NCBI GenBank assembly: GCA_964016885.1
Contig: OZ024745.1
Location: 3,906,001-3,970,000, forward strand
Direction of reading: 5' to 3'
DNA: 64,000 nt
Source: Eledone cirrhosa
Taxonomy: Eukaryota
The translations under genes and the position numbers were made by a program. The notes beneath the pieces are model-generated. The model was given only the letters and a program-made list of their open reading frames with translations. It was not told where the DNA came from and ran no database searches. Position 1 is the first letter of the stretch; each line of letters opens with the position of its first letter. This document shows positions 1-45,070 of the stretch, piece by piece.

Positions 1-43
1 AGAACTCTCCCTTCATATTAACAATTTACTAGCATTATCTTAC

Positions 44-232
44 TGGGTGGATTGGCAGTATCGGTAGAGGGTCGGATGCCTTGCTTTGACGCATAGAGTT
101 ACGGTCCTTGCCATTCTGAGTTCAAATCCCGCCGAGGTTAACTTTGTCTTTCATCCTTACGGGGTCAATAAAATAAAGTACCAGTAATACACTGTGTAAT
201 TGCTGGCCTTGTGCCAATAGTAGAAACAATTA
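44..232 (+). mobile_element. tRNA-derived SINE, family A
   Basis: A box TGGCAGTATCGG and B box GAGTTCAAATCC; related copies at ~11915, 13891, 18127, 19917 and 34570. Confidence 0.75.
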
Positions 233-921
233 TCTTACTGCATACCTTGATTCCAAGCCTTAAACATTATCACCTGACCAGACCAATGAGAAAAGAATCA
301 TTTGATGTCTGCTGTATTCCACCTAATCAAATAAATCCATTTATCTTTTTGTTGCCTGAAGGATCACACAGAAATAATAAAATGAATCAACAGTTTTTGA
401 ATGAATAGAGAGATATTGAAAGAAGTCTTATTTCAATAGGATCTTTGAAAATTTAAACTATTAAACTAATTATCAGTTATTGCTGTGTGTAATTCAGTTT
501 TTAGAATAAATACACCACATCTCTGCTGTGTGGGGTAAGAGGCAACTAAAAGGGTTGGTGTCGTCTGGCTGTAAAACATTGTCTCAAAACATTCTGTCCA
601 ACCCATACCAACTTCTTGTCCTCCTCCTTCTTCTCCTTCTTTTTGGCTTTTCCTGTAAAATCAGTCCAGAAATATTCTAACCACATGTTCGTAGTACCAG
701 AGCTGTGATCTTTCAATAAAAATAAAGTAGTGACTCTCTGATCTGCGAGTTACGTACTCTGTTGAGTAACATTACTCCAAAGACCCTTCAAAGGAACCCC
801 ATTCCAGCCACTTGTATTCTTTCAGTCATTACAATTAACATTCAGTAATCAACATATTGTTTAAACATTTCTTCAGTTGATCAAATCATATATAAATACT
901 TGACTTTGATTTCTCTTTTAG

Positions 922-16399
<15,478 letters not shown>

Positions 16400-16408
16400 A
16401 GAATAGAA

Positions 16409-16414
16409 AATAAA
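16409..16414 (+). terminator. Candidate polyadenylation signal of the dehydratase gene
   Basis: AATAAA about 10 nt after the stop codon. Confidence 0.35.
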
Positions 16415-16719
16415 TATTTTGAAGTTAAGATATAATTCTTTCATTTATATATAAATACAGAAGACTTGCCTTCCCATGCATACAGATTGAAGCCTACATC
16501 TAGTATGTACCACTTAACCACTATCCTTCCCCTGCCATACACTACCCCACACTATAAAGTAGTTGCGTTGCTGTCATGGGAAGGTGGGTCTTCTGTATTA
16601 CTGCATAACGCCAAAAATCTTGATCCTATTTTGTTGCTTTTAAGAGGTGCAATTGTGCAAGGTCAGCTTTTATCACCTCATCCCAGGTCTTCCTATTCCA
16701 TAGTTTCCATCAACTTTGA

Positions 16720-16965
16720 GTACTCTACTCCTTTTTATACAGCTGTCATCCTTCCTACACATCATATGGTCATACCAACACAATCTCCTCTCATGCACAC
16801 TGCATCTGATTCCTCTAATGCTAAATTTCTCTTTTAGTTCATTTATGCTTTACCATTCATGTATATTACTATTACACATTCATCAGAGCAAACAGGCTTC
16901 ATTTCTTTCCAATCTTCACAGGACCTAGGTCTCACTACCATGCAATATTGCTGTTCCTCTTTCAA
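16720..16965 (-). mobile_element. Degenerate RTE LINE fragment
   Basis: The minus strand reads AILHGSET and ERRLCWYDHMM-like motifs. Confidence 0.55.
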
Positions 16966-17779
16966 ATTTGACCTTTGGCGCCTAAAAATATCTTGGTAAC
17001 ACAACTAAACACCATATATAGTCATTTGTATGTATGGACCTGTAACTCCTGATGAAGTGATAGGGGCACCCTAATGACATACAGCATTTCTTGGCCATTT
17101 AAAACCTGGTGAAGCTCATCTCTTCTCTCATAAGACAAGCAATATGTGACAGAGGAATCAATGATAAAATGGAGTGTAGACTTATATTTGACATCAATAT
17201 TTTGCTGATTTTCACCAACTTCAACATCAAAAAGATACCAAAACACCCGAAGTGATTGCATTACAATGAAACACTGTTTTAATACATTTTTACAGAATAT
17301 CTTTAGTACTTGCTGTCTTTACATTTTCATTTCTCTCAGCATGTGATTGGCTGAAAGTAAACAAATATTCAAGAAACTTGTTGATACTTTATAAAACAAA
17401 TGAAATGGTAAAATATTATTATGCAGTGGAGCTTTGAAACAAGCAAAATATTAAAACATCATAGAAATACTCTCGTGGGAAGTTACGAAACCACATCTAA
17501 ACATCATCATCATCATCATCATATGTTAACTGCCACGGCTTGTACAGGGTTTGAACTTTTCTCAGACAAAATATGGGAGTTGGGGTGGATGGTTTATACA
17601 CAAATATATATATGGTGCATTTAAATATAGGGGATTTATTTTAAGCTTTCAATCTTATGGGAATAGAGGATAAGGAAGGAATTCAAATTTTACATTCATT
17701 TATTCAGAACTGATAAAACACCTTATTGTGATATTCCAGAAAATGGAGTAACAGAGACAGAAGCAGTTAAGTACCCAAC

Positions 17780-17934
17780 TACAGGTAAAATTCTGAATAC
17801 CATTATAACGAAATGCTTTTCAATCCCCTGCCACATGCTCGATGTGTTAGGTCAATCTCGTTATAAAGAATTTTTCGTTACAACAAATTCTTTTTTATAC
17901 CTCATGAATTTCGTTATAATGGAATTTCACTGTA
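17780..17934. mobile_element. TA-flanked MITE
   Basis: CCATTATAACGAAA ... TTTCGTTATAATGG inverted repeats with CACTGTA end; internal CGTTATAA repeats. Confidence 0.55.
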
Positions 17935-18126
17935 AATGATTTATTATGTTTAATTCTTTCTCTTTATATTTGGAGTTCAATTATATCACTAATTTAACCC
18001 TCATATCAATCCACCTGTGGTTCATGTACAAAACTGCCCATTCTAAAATATTCATACTTGTTAAAAAGTTCAATCATAATTTTATGTACAAACCTTTATT
18101 AAGTTATGTTCTGAACAGATTAATAA

Positions 18127-18305
18127 TTGTTTCTACTTTTGGCACAAGGCCAGCAATTACCCAGTGTATTACTGGTACTTTATTTTATCGACCTTGTAAG
18201 GATGAAAGGCAAAGTTAACCTCAGTGGGATTTGAACTCAGACCATAAAGGGCCGTAACTCTTTGCTGCAAAGCATGGCGTCAGACCCTCTACCGATACTA
18301 CCAAT
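18127..18305 (-). mobile_element. tRNA-derived SINE family A
   Basis: Near-identical to 13891-14067. Confidence 0.8.
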
Positions 18306-18429
18306 GAAAAAGTTAGTTACATTACTAAATCCCTCCAAATTTTTGAGTATTTTCAAAATTATTTGAAACATCAGTAGGGTCTTTTATTAGAAATTTGTAC
18401 AAAAGCTGCAGAAAATTATTAATAAGAAC

Positions 18430-19139
18430 CCCAGAAAATGAATTAGCGCCATTGCGTAAGGTTTCAAGGTACACTATCAAAGACCTTTGATACAAGTCTT
18501 ATGTGATGTGGAGAGGCCAATGTCTGCATCTGCTCCATGTAAAATGCTTGAAATATCAAGAGTCTGGAATGCTTTGGATTTTCTGATGAAAAACACTTTG
18601 ATCAGGACCAAAAGGTCAACTGAAAGAATGACAGATGGTTATGCAAAGACCCTGAAGATGTTCCAATGGTCATGTGCACAAATATGGAGATATCATGCCT
18701 CTTCACATCTTTCCTCGGGGTTTAAAGGTCAATGCTGCTGACTATAAGGTGTTGGAGAGGTTTGTGAGGTCTTGGACAAATGTGAGCGAAGGAAGAATGA
18801 ATGAGTTACAATTTCCACAAACATGACACCCCAACCATATTTAGCTCTCCAGACCTGAATCAATCGGACTACTATGTTTGGGGTGCTGTCGTGAAGGAAG
18901 TCAATCAATATCCTCTAACACTGTAAAATCTCTGAAGTTTGCCATAACTAGCACAATGTCCAAAATAACTAAAGATCATTTCATTCATATGAATTGCTGA
19001 TCTTATAAAAATAATGAGACAAAGCATATAAGGATTGAAGCAGTCATCGATGTTAATTTTCTCAAATAAAGCTTTTCATGACTTATGCCTCTTTTACTAT
19101 ATCCATGCAAATATCCACAAAGAACTGAGCAACCCTGTA
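18430..19139 (+). mobile_element. Decayed Tc1/mariner transposon
   Basis: SSPDLNQSDYYVWG (SPDLNPxD motif) near 18843-18885, RIEAVI near 19031, ends ...CCCTGTA; many frameshifts. Confidence 0.7.
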
Positions 19140-19249
19140 ATACCTGATCAACTTGATTAAACCTGGAACATTTGAAAATCCTTATATGGTTTACCTCAGA
19201 AATTATTTTCATTGAATAACTTCTTATAAGGTGAGCAATTCAGATAAAA

Positions 19250-19475
19250 ACCTAGTGGTTAGGGTGTTGAACTAGCACTCATAATGTTGTGGGCTCCATT
19301 CCTGGACTAGGTTCTTGAGCAAAACATTTCATTTCACTTTGCTCCAATCCATCAGCTGAAAATGGGTACTGACAGTAGTTGGGAGTTAAACCTGCAATGA
19401 AGTGGTGACTTGTCCTGTCCATTGCAGGGTAAGCACCAGCCCGATCAGCTTCTAGGGTTGGGACAGACTTTAACT
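19250..19475 (+). mobile_element. tRNA-derived SINE family C
   Basis: CCTAGTGGTTAGGG A box; TTCTTGAGCAAAACATTTCATTTCAC...CAGCTGAAAATG core; reverse copy at 44213-44320. Confidence 0.6.
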
Positions 19476-22004
19476 GAGTATTTTAGTTACTCAGATTATT
19501 GGTAGTGTAGATTCTCTTGCCCATAACTAAACCTATAAAACATTGATCAGTTTCAAAGTTCTAAATATGCCCTCAATTTCTTCAATGTGATGTTACTCCA
19601 ATTGTTATGTTTGATATTGGAAGCCTATCTCACCATCAGTAGTCCAGTATATTTTCCTTGCTAGCAATGTTGCCACAGAACAGTCATACTCTAGTGGAGT
19701 CTCTGACCTCCCCCAACATATGATCCTGTGTTCTGCCTTCGATCATGTTACCAAGACTGAGGAGGTTGTCATCTTATTGACACAGCTACTGGGTGTATCA
19801 CCAACACTAGGGAGTCTGTCATGTCTATGGCACAACAGTGGTCCTCCTGACCCTATTTGACAGGTTTTCTACAGGTAGATGCCACTGTCATCTTACACCA
19901 TGTACTAGATACACAATTGTTTCTACTTTTGGCACAAGGCCAACAATTACTCAGTACATTACTGGTACTTTATTTTATCGACCCTGTCAGGATGAAAGGC
20001 AAAGTTAACCTCGGCGGGAAATGAAGGTCAGCAACACTAAAGATGTCATGTCTATGTCACAACTGGAATCCTTGGACCCCACACAAAACAGGATAATTGC
20101 TAGGACAGTGTGCTTCAAGGGAGAATTGGCTGTTATTCATAACAAGTTAACTGAGAACACAAGGGTTTCATCTCTGGCTCAACCATACAGGTTTGTTTCA
20201 GATCAGTATGAACACATCTGAACATTTTCAGTGATCTGTTCACTAGCAAAGATACAAATATTTGAACCTATTTTGAAATATTATTTGCTAAATTATTACA
20301 GGATGCTAAGAATCATGGATTATTTTCTTCAGAACTTAACTAAAACGCAAGTTTTGGGAGATAAATAGAATTTCACTTATTTTTCCACAATGGCTTTCCC
20401 TTGGCTAACATATGGAAATAGATCTCAGGTAGTTAGTCAAAATACTTTGGTGCTAATTTTTTGTGTTCCAAATCACACCAAAGTCAGTTCATACTTGATA
20501 CTTGAAAGATAAAATGCTGAGTATGAGCTACTGGCAGTACTCCAGCTTGGCCAAATCTGATTAAAAGAAAATCACCTATTTCCTCTGACATTCACCTCAC
20601 AATTTCTCAACTAGTTCCTTGTCCCATCAAAGTTATATTGCAATATCTGCCAATACAAACATATGATGATGATGATGATTGCCATCTGAAGAGTTATGTT
20701 CGTTTAACCTTCCTTAATGGCTGGGTTCTGTCAAATATTGTTGACTGTAGAATCTGTTGAAATGAATAGGTAATACACGATAGCCCCAATGTGAAACCTC
20801 AATATGCTAGAAAGAATAGTCAAATATTGTTGAAATCACATCCTACCATCTTTAAAGAGAGACATTGGATATAGTCCTGTGTCAAACAAAAATCAGAATG
20901 GTCAGGGGAATGTTGGTCAAGGCTGACCTGGAGCTAAATAACTCACCAATGCACTTTCCTTCTGTTCACCATACATTCATCATTTAATGTCCACTTTCCC
21001 TGCAGGGTTGGATGGGTCTACAAAGAGCAAGACAGTACTGAAGTGGGGCTACTGACCACCCAAGATGTCTGCACCTTGCTTATGTACTGTCATAAGTTCA
21101 ATTGAGTACACAGTTGTGCCTTTTGACAAACTGAACAGTCATCCCATCCCTTATGCTAACCTCTTTACAGCATGTACTTGGTCTTTTTACCTTGTCTATC
21201 ACTAGGGAGGTCCTTCACACAAAGGGTCTTCCCAACTTTTGATAGAAAATATAGTCACCAGAATTCTAGTACATTTATCAATCTTGAAATAAATACATGA
21301 AGATATAACATTTTAACAAAGAGTAGATATTTTTATTTGCATGACAATTTTGTAAAGAGTTTTTTTTTTTTGTGTTGATGATGGGTGGGAGTATTCAAAA
21401 CTCCATAAGGCTACTCTACTTGAATTGTAGGTTCACAAAAAGTGAAACTAAATATTTATAAAATGCAGCAGGACTGATCCTGTCTCAGAGAAGATAAATA
21501 TATTGTTTTCTTGAGGAGCAGGAATGCCAATGATGAAAGAACTCAACCTTCCAGCTGTAATGGAAAATATTGCAGTTGACAAACCAAAACCAGATCACAA
21601 CAGGTTTGTCATCATACAATTATTTCTTTCTAACAGGCATGAAGTATTTTAAGAGAAGAATCAACTCAGTATATAACTGGTACTAATTTTATCAGCTCTA
21701 AAAGAGAATAAAACAGTACAGAACAAAATATTGTTATTCTGTCAACCTGCCACTCATAGTGATGTGTTTAGTGTGGAGACTGAATGGTGTTTATCAATGT
21801 CAGCAGGATTTGTTACAAATATTTATCACTTCTATGTACTGTTGCTAATTTCTTAACATTGCTTTCCTAAATAAAACTACAGCAGAAATGAACTTTAGAA
21901 TCAATCACAATTACTGTGATAAGAAAACACGTATGGTCTCAATGAGCAATGTGAAAAATGTCATTTTTCTTCCTCTTTAAAATGCATAGAGGTCAAATTA
22001 TGTT

Positions 22005-22010
22005 TTTATT
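22005..22010 (-). terminator. Candidate PCNA polyadenylation signal
   Basis: AATAAA on the minus strand ~170 nt after the stop. Confidence 0.4.
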
Positions 22011-22180
22011 ATGACAACCCTAACTGATAAAATATCAAATATATACCTTATTGTCCAGGTAAAAGAAATTAAAACTATATACATATGATAGGAGAGGAAA
22101 GGATTCAATTAACATGTGGACTGAACAATCCATTTTACTTTTTTGTTAAAAGCAATTTGCTTCACAGAAGGCATTTATGT

Positions 22181-38124
<15,944 letters not shown>

Positions 38125-38144
38125 CTAAGAGTGTGACTTAGTCA

Positions 38145-38250
38145 AGAGCTGGCGCGAATGTGAACAATAAACGCGCCAAACGAAGTAAATTGGATTTGTC
38201 AGTGGTAATCTCGTGAGAGTTGTCGGCGAGATTTGCTGTTTCGGGCAAGA
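38145..38250. promoter_or_regulatory. Bidirectional PCNA/MICU1 promoter with E2F-like sites
   Basis: TGGCGCGAA (38150-38158) and ACGCGCCAAA (38171-38180; TTTGGCGCG on the minus strand) match the E2F consensus. Near-palindrome TCTCGTGAGA at 38209-38218. Local CpG enrichment. Confidence 0.65.
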
Positions 38251-38327
38251 CATAAAAAAATAAATGAATATCTTATATGAGAGAACACAAAATGGATGCT
38301 GAGTTTAAGGAGACATAAGAGAACCAG
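38225..38327 (+). other. MICU1: Putative non-coding first exon of MICU1 (start approximate)
   Basis: CAG|GTGAGA donor at 38328 just beyond the promoter. The MICU1 ATG exon has an acceptor 4 nt upstream of the ATG, so an upstream exon is expected. Confidence 0.5.
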
Positions 38328-39013
38328 GTGAGAAACTGGATGAATACATTTTCTTCTCTTATATATATATATTTAGTACTTTACCATTATATTTCTGTAA
38401 TTTAATAATCCATATTTCTCTATTTCTGATTCACTAAATAACACCAACTACATAACGATTCCACTTGCAGACGACCCATCATAACATATTTCACAGAATT
38501 TCATTACATTCGTCTTCTTATAGGGAGTGTCATGTAGTTTATTTAGACATTTAACATATACTCTCTCTCTTTCTATATATATATATACACATATGTATAA
38601 TAACTTGTATATTCTGTCTTTCACCTTGTGTAGTTGACAATGTTACCTGTTGTTATTGATGGGACGGTAAATATCTCGTATTTACAGCCATCTATTTATA
38701 TCTAGTCAGAGAAATAAAATATACTACGCAGCCTAATAAAACTACTGCTACTTCTAGTTTTCTAAATTATCTCCTATCAAACCATATTTCTCTAATGTTA
38801 AGTAATGTTCTATTATTGTAGCTACATCAACAACATATCTTTCACTAATGTCACAAAAACTAGTTGTACACCTAGTAAATATATGTCAGTGCTCTAGAGA
38901 AAAACAACAAAAACTGGTTAATTGACACTAATGAAAACTTTGGATCGACATGAGAAAAATACCTCAATATTCCCACTACTAGTCAACAAATTCTAACTTG
39001 AAACTTCAGGTGT

Positions 39014-39015
<2 letters not shown>

Positions 39016-39080
<65 letters not shown>

Positions 39081-39090
39081 TAGATAGATA
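39016..39090. repeat. (TA)n/(GATA)n microsatellite
   Basis: Direct reading. Confidence 0.95.
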
Positions 39091-39404
39091 CCAAGGGTAA
39101 CCGCAGTAAATAAGATACTCTATACATTAGTAAACTGAACAACAACAACATCTAATATAGAAATGGCTTCTACAGAATAAGAACTGTTTCATTCGCATTC
39201 CTGATGATTTCATTCGAATGAAACAGTTATATATTATTTGTGTATATGTGTGTGTGTATATGTGTGTGTGTATCTACTCCACAACGAAATCTCCCTCAAA
39301 CTACACCCTGTTTTTAAAATAATGAAGGAATTGTATTATGGTTTAGAGACTGCACCCACGACCTTCGTAGCTCCCCGTCCTTGTACTATGTTTGAAAAAC
39401 AGAC

Positions 39405-41204
39405 GGCCAGGAATGCCTGTAACCCTAGGTCTACTCGGCCAGGAATGCCTGTAACCCTAGGTCTACTCAACCAGGAATGCCTATGATCGTAGGTCTACTC
39501 GGCCAGGAATGCCTGTGATCCTAGGTCTACTCGGCCAGGAATGCCTGTGATCCTAGGTTACTCGGCCAGGAATGACTGTGATCCTAGGTCTACTCGGCCA
39601 GGAATGACTGTGATCCTAGGTCTACTTGGCCAGGAATGCTTGTGATCCTAGGTCTACTCGGCCAGGAATGACTGTGATCCTAGGTCTATTCGGCCAGGAA
39701 TGCCTGTGATCCTAGGTCTATTCGGCCAGGAATTCCTGTGATCCTAGGTCTACTCGGCCAGGAATGACTGTGATGCTAGGTCTACTCGGCCAGAAATGCC
39801 TGTGATCCTAGATCTACTCGGCCAGGAATGCCTGTGATCCTAGGTCTATTCGGCCAGGAATGCCTGTGATCCTAGGTCTACTCGTCCAGGAATGACTGTG
39901 ATCCTAGGTCTATTCGGCCAGGAATTCCTGTGATCCTAGGTCTATTCGGCCAGGAATGACTGTGATCGTAGGTCTACTCGGCCAGGAATGCCTGTGATCC
40001 TAGGTCTACTCGGCCAGGAATGCCTGTGATCCTAGGTCTACTCGGCCAGGAATGACTGTGATCCTAGGTCTACTCGGCCAGGAATGACTGTGATCCTAGG
40101 TCTACTTGGCCAGGAATGCTTGTGATCCTAGGTCTACTCGGCCAGGAATGACTGTGATCCTAGGTCTATTCGGCCAGGAATGCCTGTGATCCTAGGTCTA
40201 TTCGGCCAGGAATTCCTGTGATCCTAGATCTACTCGGCCAGGAATGACTGTGATGCTAGGTCTACTCGGCCAGAAATGCCTGTGATCCTAGATCTACTCG
40301 GCCAGGAATGCCTGTGATCCTAGGTCTATTCGGCCAGGAATGCCTGTGATCCTAGGTCTACTCGTCCAGGAATGACTGTGATCCTAGGTCTATTCGGCCA
40401 GGAATTCCTGTGATCCTAGGTCTATTCGGCCAGGAATGACTGTGATCCTAGGTCTACTTGGCCAGGAATGCTTGTGATCCTAGGTCTACTCGGCCAGGAA
40501 TGACTGTGATCCTAGGTCTACTCAGCCAGGAATTCCTGTGATCCTAGGTCTACTCGGCCAGGAATTCCTGTGATCCTAGGTCTACTCGGCCAGGAATTCC
40601 TGTGATCTTAGGTCTACTCGGCCAGGAATTCCTGTGATCCTAGGTCTACTCGGCCAGGAATGCCTGTGATCCTAGGTCTACTCGGCCAGGAATGACTGTG
40701 ATCCTAGGTCTACTCGGCCAGGAATTCCTGTGATCTAGGTCTACTCGGCCAGGAATGACTGTGATCCTAGGTCTACTCGGCCAGGAATTCCTGTGATCCT
40801 AGGTCTACTCGCCCAGGAATTCCTGTGATCTTAGGTCTACTCGGCCAGGAATTCCTGTGATCCTAGGTCTACTCGACCAGGAATGCCTGTGATCCTAGGT
40901 CTACTTGGCCAGGAATGACTGTGATCCTAGGTCTACTCGATCAGGAATGCCTGTGATCCTAGGTCTACTCGGCCAGGAATGACTGTGATCCTAGGTCTAC
41001 TCGGCCAGGAATGCCTGTGATCCTAGGTCTACTCGGCCAGGAATGACTGTGATCCTAGGTCTACTCGTCCAGGAATTCCTGTGATCCTAGGTCTACTCGG
41101 CCAGGAATGACTGTGATCCTAGGTCTACTCGGCCAGGAATGACTGTGATCCTAGGTCTACTCGGCCAGGAATTCCTGTGATCCTAGATATACTCGGCCAG
41201 GAAT
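39405..41204. repeat. 32-bp minisatellite, ~56 copies, with a 480-bp higher-order duplication
   Basis: Unit CTCGGCCAGGAATGCCTGTGATCCTAGGTCTA; 39601-39960 nearly equals 40081-40440. Confidence 0.96.
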
Positions 41205-41431
41205 CACTTTGGTCTAAACAACAACTATGTTGTGAATGCAAATTCTAATTTTTCGTATCGAGCCTCTGTGTCGTTACTCGACCTGCTAGAAATAGCAGCT
41301 AAATTTCACAAATCACACTCTAAAGTTTTAATGGGTAGGCACCAAGGTCAATAATATAAAGTACCTGTAACAAAAATTGTTGGCCTTGTGCCTAAATCAG
41401 AAACCATTATTATTATTACACAATATTCTAT

Positions 41432-44212
41432 GGACACCAGTCTATAGCAAAGTTAACCAGGGCCCACCAATGTGAGACAACACAGGACACCAGTCTATAG
41501 CAAAGTTAACCAGGACCCACCAAAGTGAGACAACACAGGACACCAGTCTATAGCAAAGTTAACCAGGACCCACCAATGTGAGACAACACAGGACACCAGT
41601 CTATAGCAAAGTTAACCAGGACCCACCAAAGTGAGACAACACAGGACACCAGTCTATAGCAAAGTTAACCAGGGCCCACCAAAGTGAGACAACACAGGAC
41701 ACCAGTCTATAGCAAAGTTAACCAGGACCCACCAAAGTGAGACAACACAGGACACCAGTCTATAGCAAAGTTAACCAGGGCCCACCAAAGTGAGACAACA
41801 CAGGACACCAGTCTATAGCAAAGTTAACCAGGACCCACCAATGTGAGACAACACAGGACACCAGTCTATAGCAAAGTTAACCAGGGCCCACCAAAGTGAG
41901 ACAACACAGGACACCAGTCTATAGCAAAGTTAACCAGGGCCCACCAAAGTGAGACAACACAGGACACCAGTCTATAGCAAAGTTAACCAGGGCCCACCAA
42001 AGTGAGACAACACAGGACACCAGTCTATAGCAAAGTTAACCAGGACCCACCAAAGTGAGACAACACAGGACACCAGTCTATAGCAAAGTTAACCAGGGCC
42101 CACCAATGTGAGACAACACAGGACACCAGTCTATAGCAAAGTTAACCAGGGCCCACCAAAGTGAGACAACACAGGACACCAGTCTATAGCAAAGTTAACC
42201 AGGGCCCACCAAAGTGAGACAACACAGGACACCAGTCTATAGCAAAGTTAACCAGGACCCACCAAAGTGAGACAACACAGGACACCAGTCTATAGCAAAG
42301 TTAACCAGGGCCCACCAATGTGAGACAACACAGGACACCAGTCTATAGCAAAGTTAACCAGGACCCACCAAAGTGAGACAACACAGGACACCAGTCTATA
42401 GCAAAGTTAACCAGGACCCACCAATGTGAGACAACACAGGACACCAGTCTATAGCAAAGTTAACCAGGACCCACCAAAGTGAGACAACACAGGACACCAG
42501 TCTATAGCAAAGTTAACCAGGGCCCACCAAAGTGAGACAACACAGGACACCAGTCTATAGCAAAGTTAACCAGGACCCACCAAAGTGAGACAACACAGGA
42601 CACCAGTCTATAGCAAAGTTAACCAGGGCCCACCAATGTGAGACAACACAGGACACCAGTCTATAGCAAAGTTAACCAGGGCCCACCAAAGTGAGACAAC
42701 ACAGGACACCAGTCTATAGCAAAGTTAACCAGGGCCCACCAAAGTGAGACAACACAGGACACCAGTCTATAGCAAAGTTAACCAGGGCCCACCAAAGTGA
42801 GACAACACAGGACACCAGTCTATAGCAAAGTTAACCAGGACCCACCAAAGTGAGACAACACAGGACACCAGTCTATAGCAAAGTTAACCAGGGCCCACCA
42901 ATGTGAGACAACACAGGACACCAGTCTATAGCAAAGTTAACCAGGGCCCACCAAAGTGAGACAACACAGGACACCAGTCTATAGCAAAGTTAACCAGGGC
43001 CCACCAATGTGAGACAACACAGGACACCAGTCTATAGCAAAGTTAACCAGGGCCCACCAAAGTGAGACAACACAGGACACCAGTCTATAGCAAAGTTAAC
43101 CAGGACCCACCAAAGTGAGACAACACAGGACACCAGTCTATAGCAAAGTTAACCAGGACCCACCCAAGTGAGACAACACAGGACACCAGTCTATAGCAAA
43201 GTTAACCAGGACCCACCAAAGTGAGACAACACAGGACACCAGTCTATAGCAAAGTTAACCAGGGCCCACCAAAGTGAGACAACACAGGACACCAGTCTAT
43301 AGCAAAGTTAACCAGGACCCACCAAAGTGAGACAACACAGGACACCAGTCTATAGCAAAGTTAACCAGGGCCCACCAAAGTGAGACAACACAGGACACCA
43401 GTCTATAGCAAAGTTAACCAGGACCCACCAAAGTGAGACAACACAGGACACCAGTCTATAGCAAAGTTAACCAGGACCCACCCAAGTGAGACAACACAGG
43501 ACACCAGTCTATAGCAAAGTTAACCAGGACCCACCAAAGTGAGACAACACAGGACACCAGTCTATAGCAAAGTTAACCAGGACCCACCAAAGTGAGACAA
43601 CACAGGACACCAGTCTATAGCAAAGTTAACCAGGACCCACCAAAGTGAGACAACACAGGACACCAGTCTATAGCAAAGTTAACCAGGACCCACCAATGTG
43701 AGACAACACAGGACACCAGTCTATAGCAAAGTTAACCAGGGCCCACCAATGTGAGACAACACAGGACACCAGTCTATAGCAAAGTTAACCAGGGCCCACC
43801 AATGTGAGACAACACAGGACACCAGTTTATAGCAAAGTTAACCAGGGCCCACCAATGTGAGACAACACAGGACACCAGTTTATAGCAAAGTTAACCAGGG
43901 CCCACCAAAGTGAGACAACACAGGACACCAGTTTATAGCAAAGTTAACCAGGGCCCACCAAAGTGAGACAACACAGGACACTAGTCTATAGCAAAGTTAA
44001 CCAGGGCCCACCAATGTGAGACAACACAGGACACCAGTTTATAGCAAAGTTAACCAGGACCCACCAAAGTGAGACAACACAGGACACCAGTTTATAGCAA
44101 AGTTAACCAGGGCCCACCCAAGTGAGACAACACAGGACTCCAGTCTATAGCAAAGTTAACTAGGGCCCACCAAAGTGAGACAACACAGGACACCAGTCTA
44201 TAGCAAAGTTAA
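41432..44212. repeat. 53-bp minisatellite, ~52 copies
   Basis: Unit GGACACCAGTCTATAGCAAAGTTAACCAGG(G/A)CCCACCAA(A/T)GTGAGACAACACA. Confidence 0.97.
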
Positions 44213-44320
44213 GCTCCAGCTACTGCTGTCACTCATTTTCAGCAGAGTGTACTGGAACAATGTGAAATGAAGTGTTTTATTCAGGAACACAATACCTCAC
44301 CTGGTCCAGGAATCAAACCA
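44213..44320 (-). mobile_element. tRNA-derived SINE family C abutting the 53-bp array
   Basis: Reverse-complement similarity to ~19295-19390. Confidence 0.6.
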
Positions 44321-44909
44321 CTAAAGATATGAACCTGATCTGAGCAGGTCCCATTATTAACAGATATAATGTTAAAACCTTGCTCTTGTAATCAGCAGAA
44401 ATTTACCCTTCTCTTTTGTAGGAAAGTTTTTAACCATTGAGATATTAAGGTATTCATAATATCTAATAGTTCATTAGGTTATAAGGTAGGAGCGATTCCA
44501 ATGTATTGAGTACACTTTCATTTGTCACCAAAAGCCTTTCACTATCATCATCATCATCACTATATTTACACTAACATGGAAAACAACAGATGTCAAAACG
44601 ATGATAAATGAGGGGAAGTTTCAGAGAAATCTATCAACTATTGTAAACATTCTAACGTATGTTGCTTTAGCTTCTATTAAGAAGGTTACAGTTACTGTGT
44701 AACCTACAGCTAACAATGTTTTGTGTACACAAAGAAAGCTTTTGTTATTTAACATTGGTATGATTGTGGTTATTCTTAATGAAATATATCGTTAAATTTT
44801 ATATGAAGAGTTTCAGTAATGTTTTCTTTTTAATCGTGTAAATATCTCTAGAGGGTCTGGATCTTAGAACAGTTATCTTTATAAGTGATTCCTATATTGC
44901 TTTTCCAAC

Positions 44910-45070
44910 AATTGTAAACGTGGTTGGTGTTAGGAAGAGCATCCAGCTGTAGAAAACCCGCCAGGCAGTCCTATACGAGCAAGACAACCAATCTTGCCTC
45001 AACTGGGAAAATTCCCGTCCAAACCCATGCAAGCGTGGAAGATGGACGTTAAACGATGATGATGATGATG
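44910..45070 (+). mobile_element. SINE-like repeat family B
   Basis: Close match to ~3500-3660. Confidence 0.75.

Noticed and set aside
44-135. tRNA gene
   Set aside because: A and B boxes are present but no cloverleaf; it continues into a multi-copy SINE body.
16466-22100. Additional gene between the dehydratase gene and PCNA
   Set aside because: Only short ORFs explained by decayed RTE, mariner and SINE remnants; no recognisable exons.
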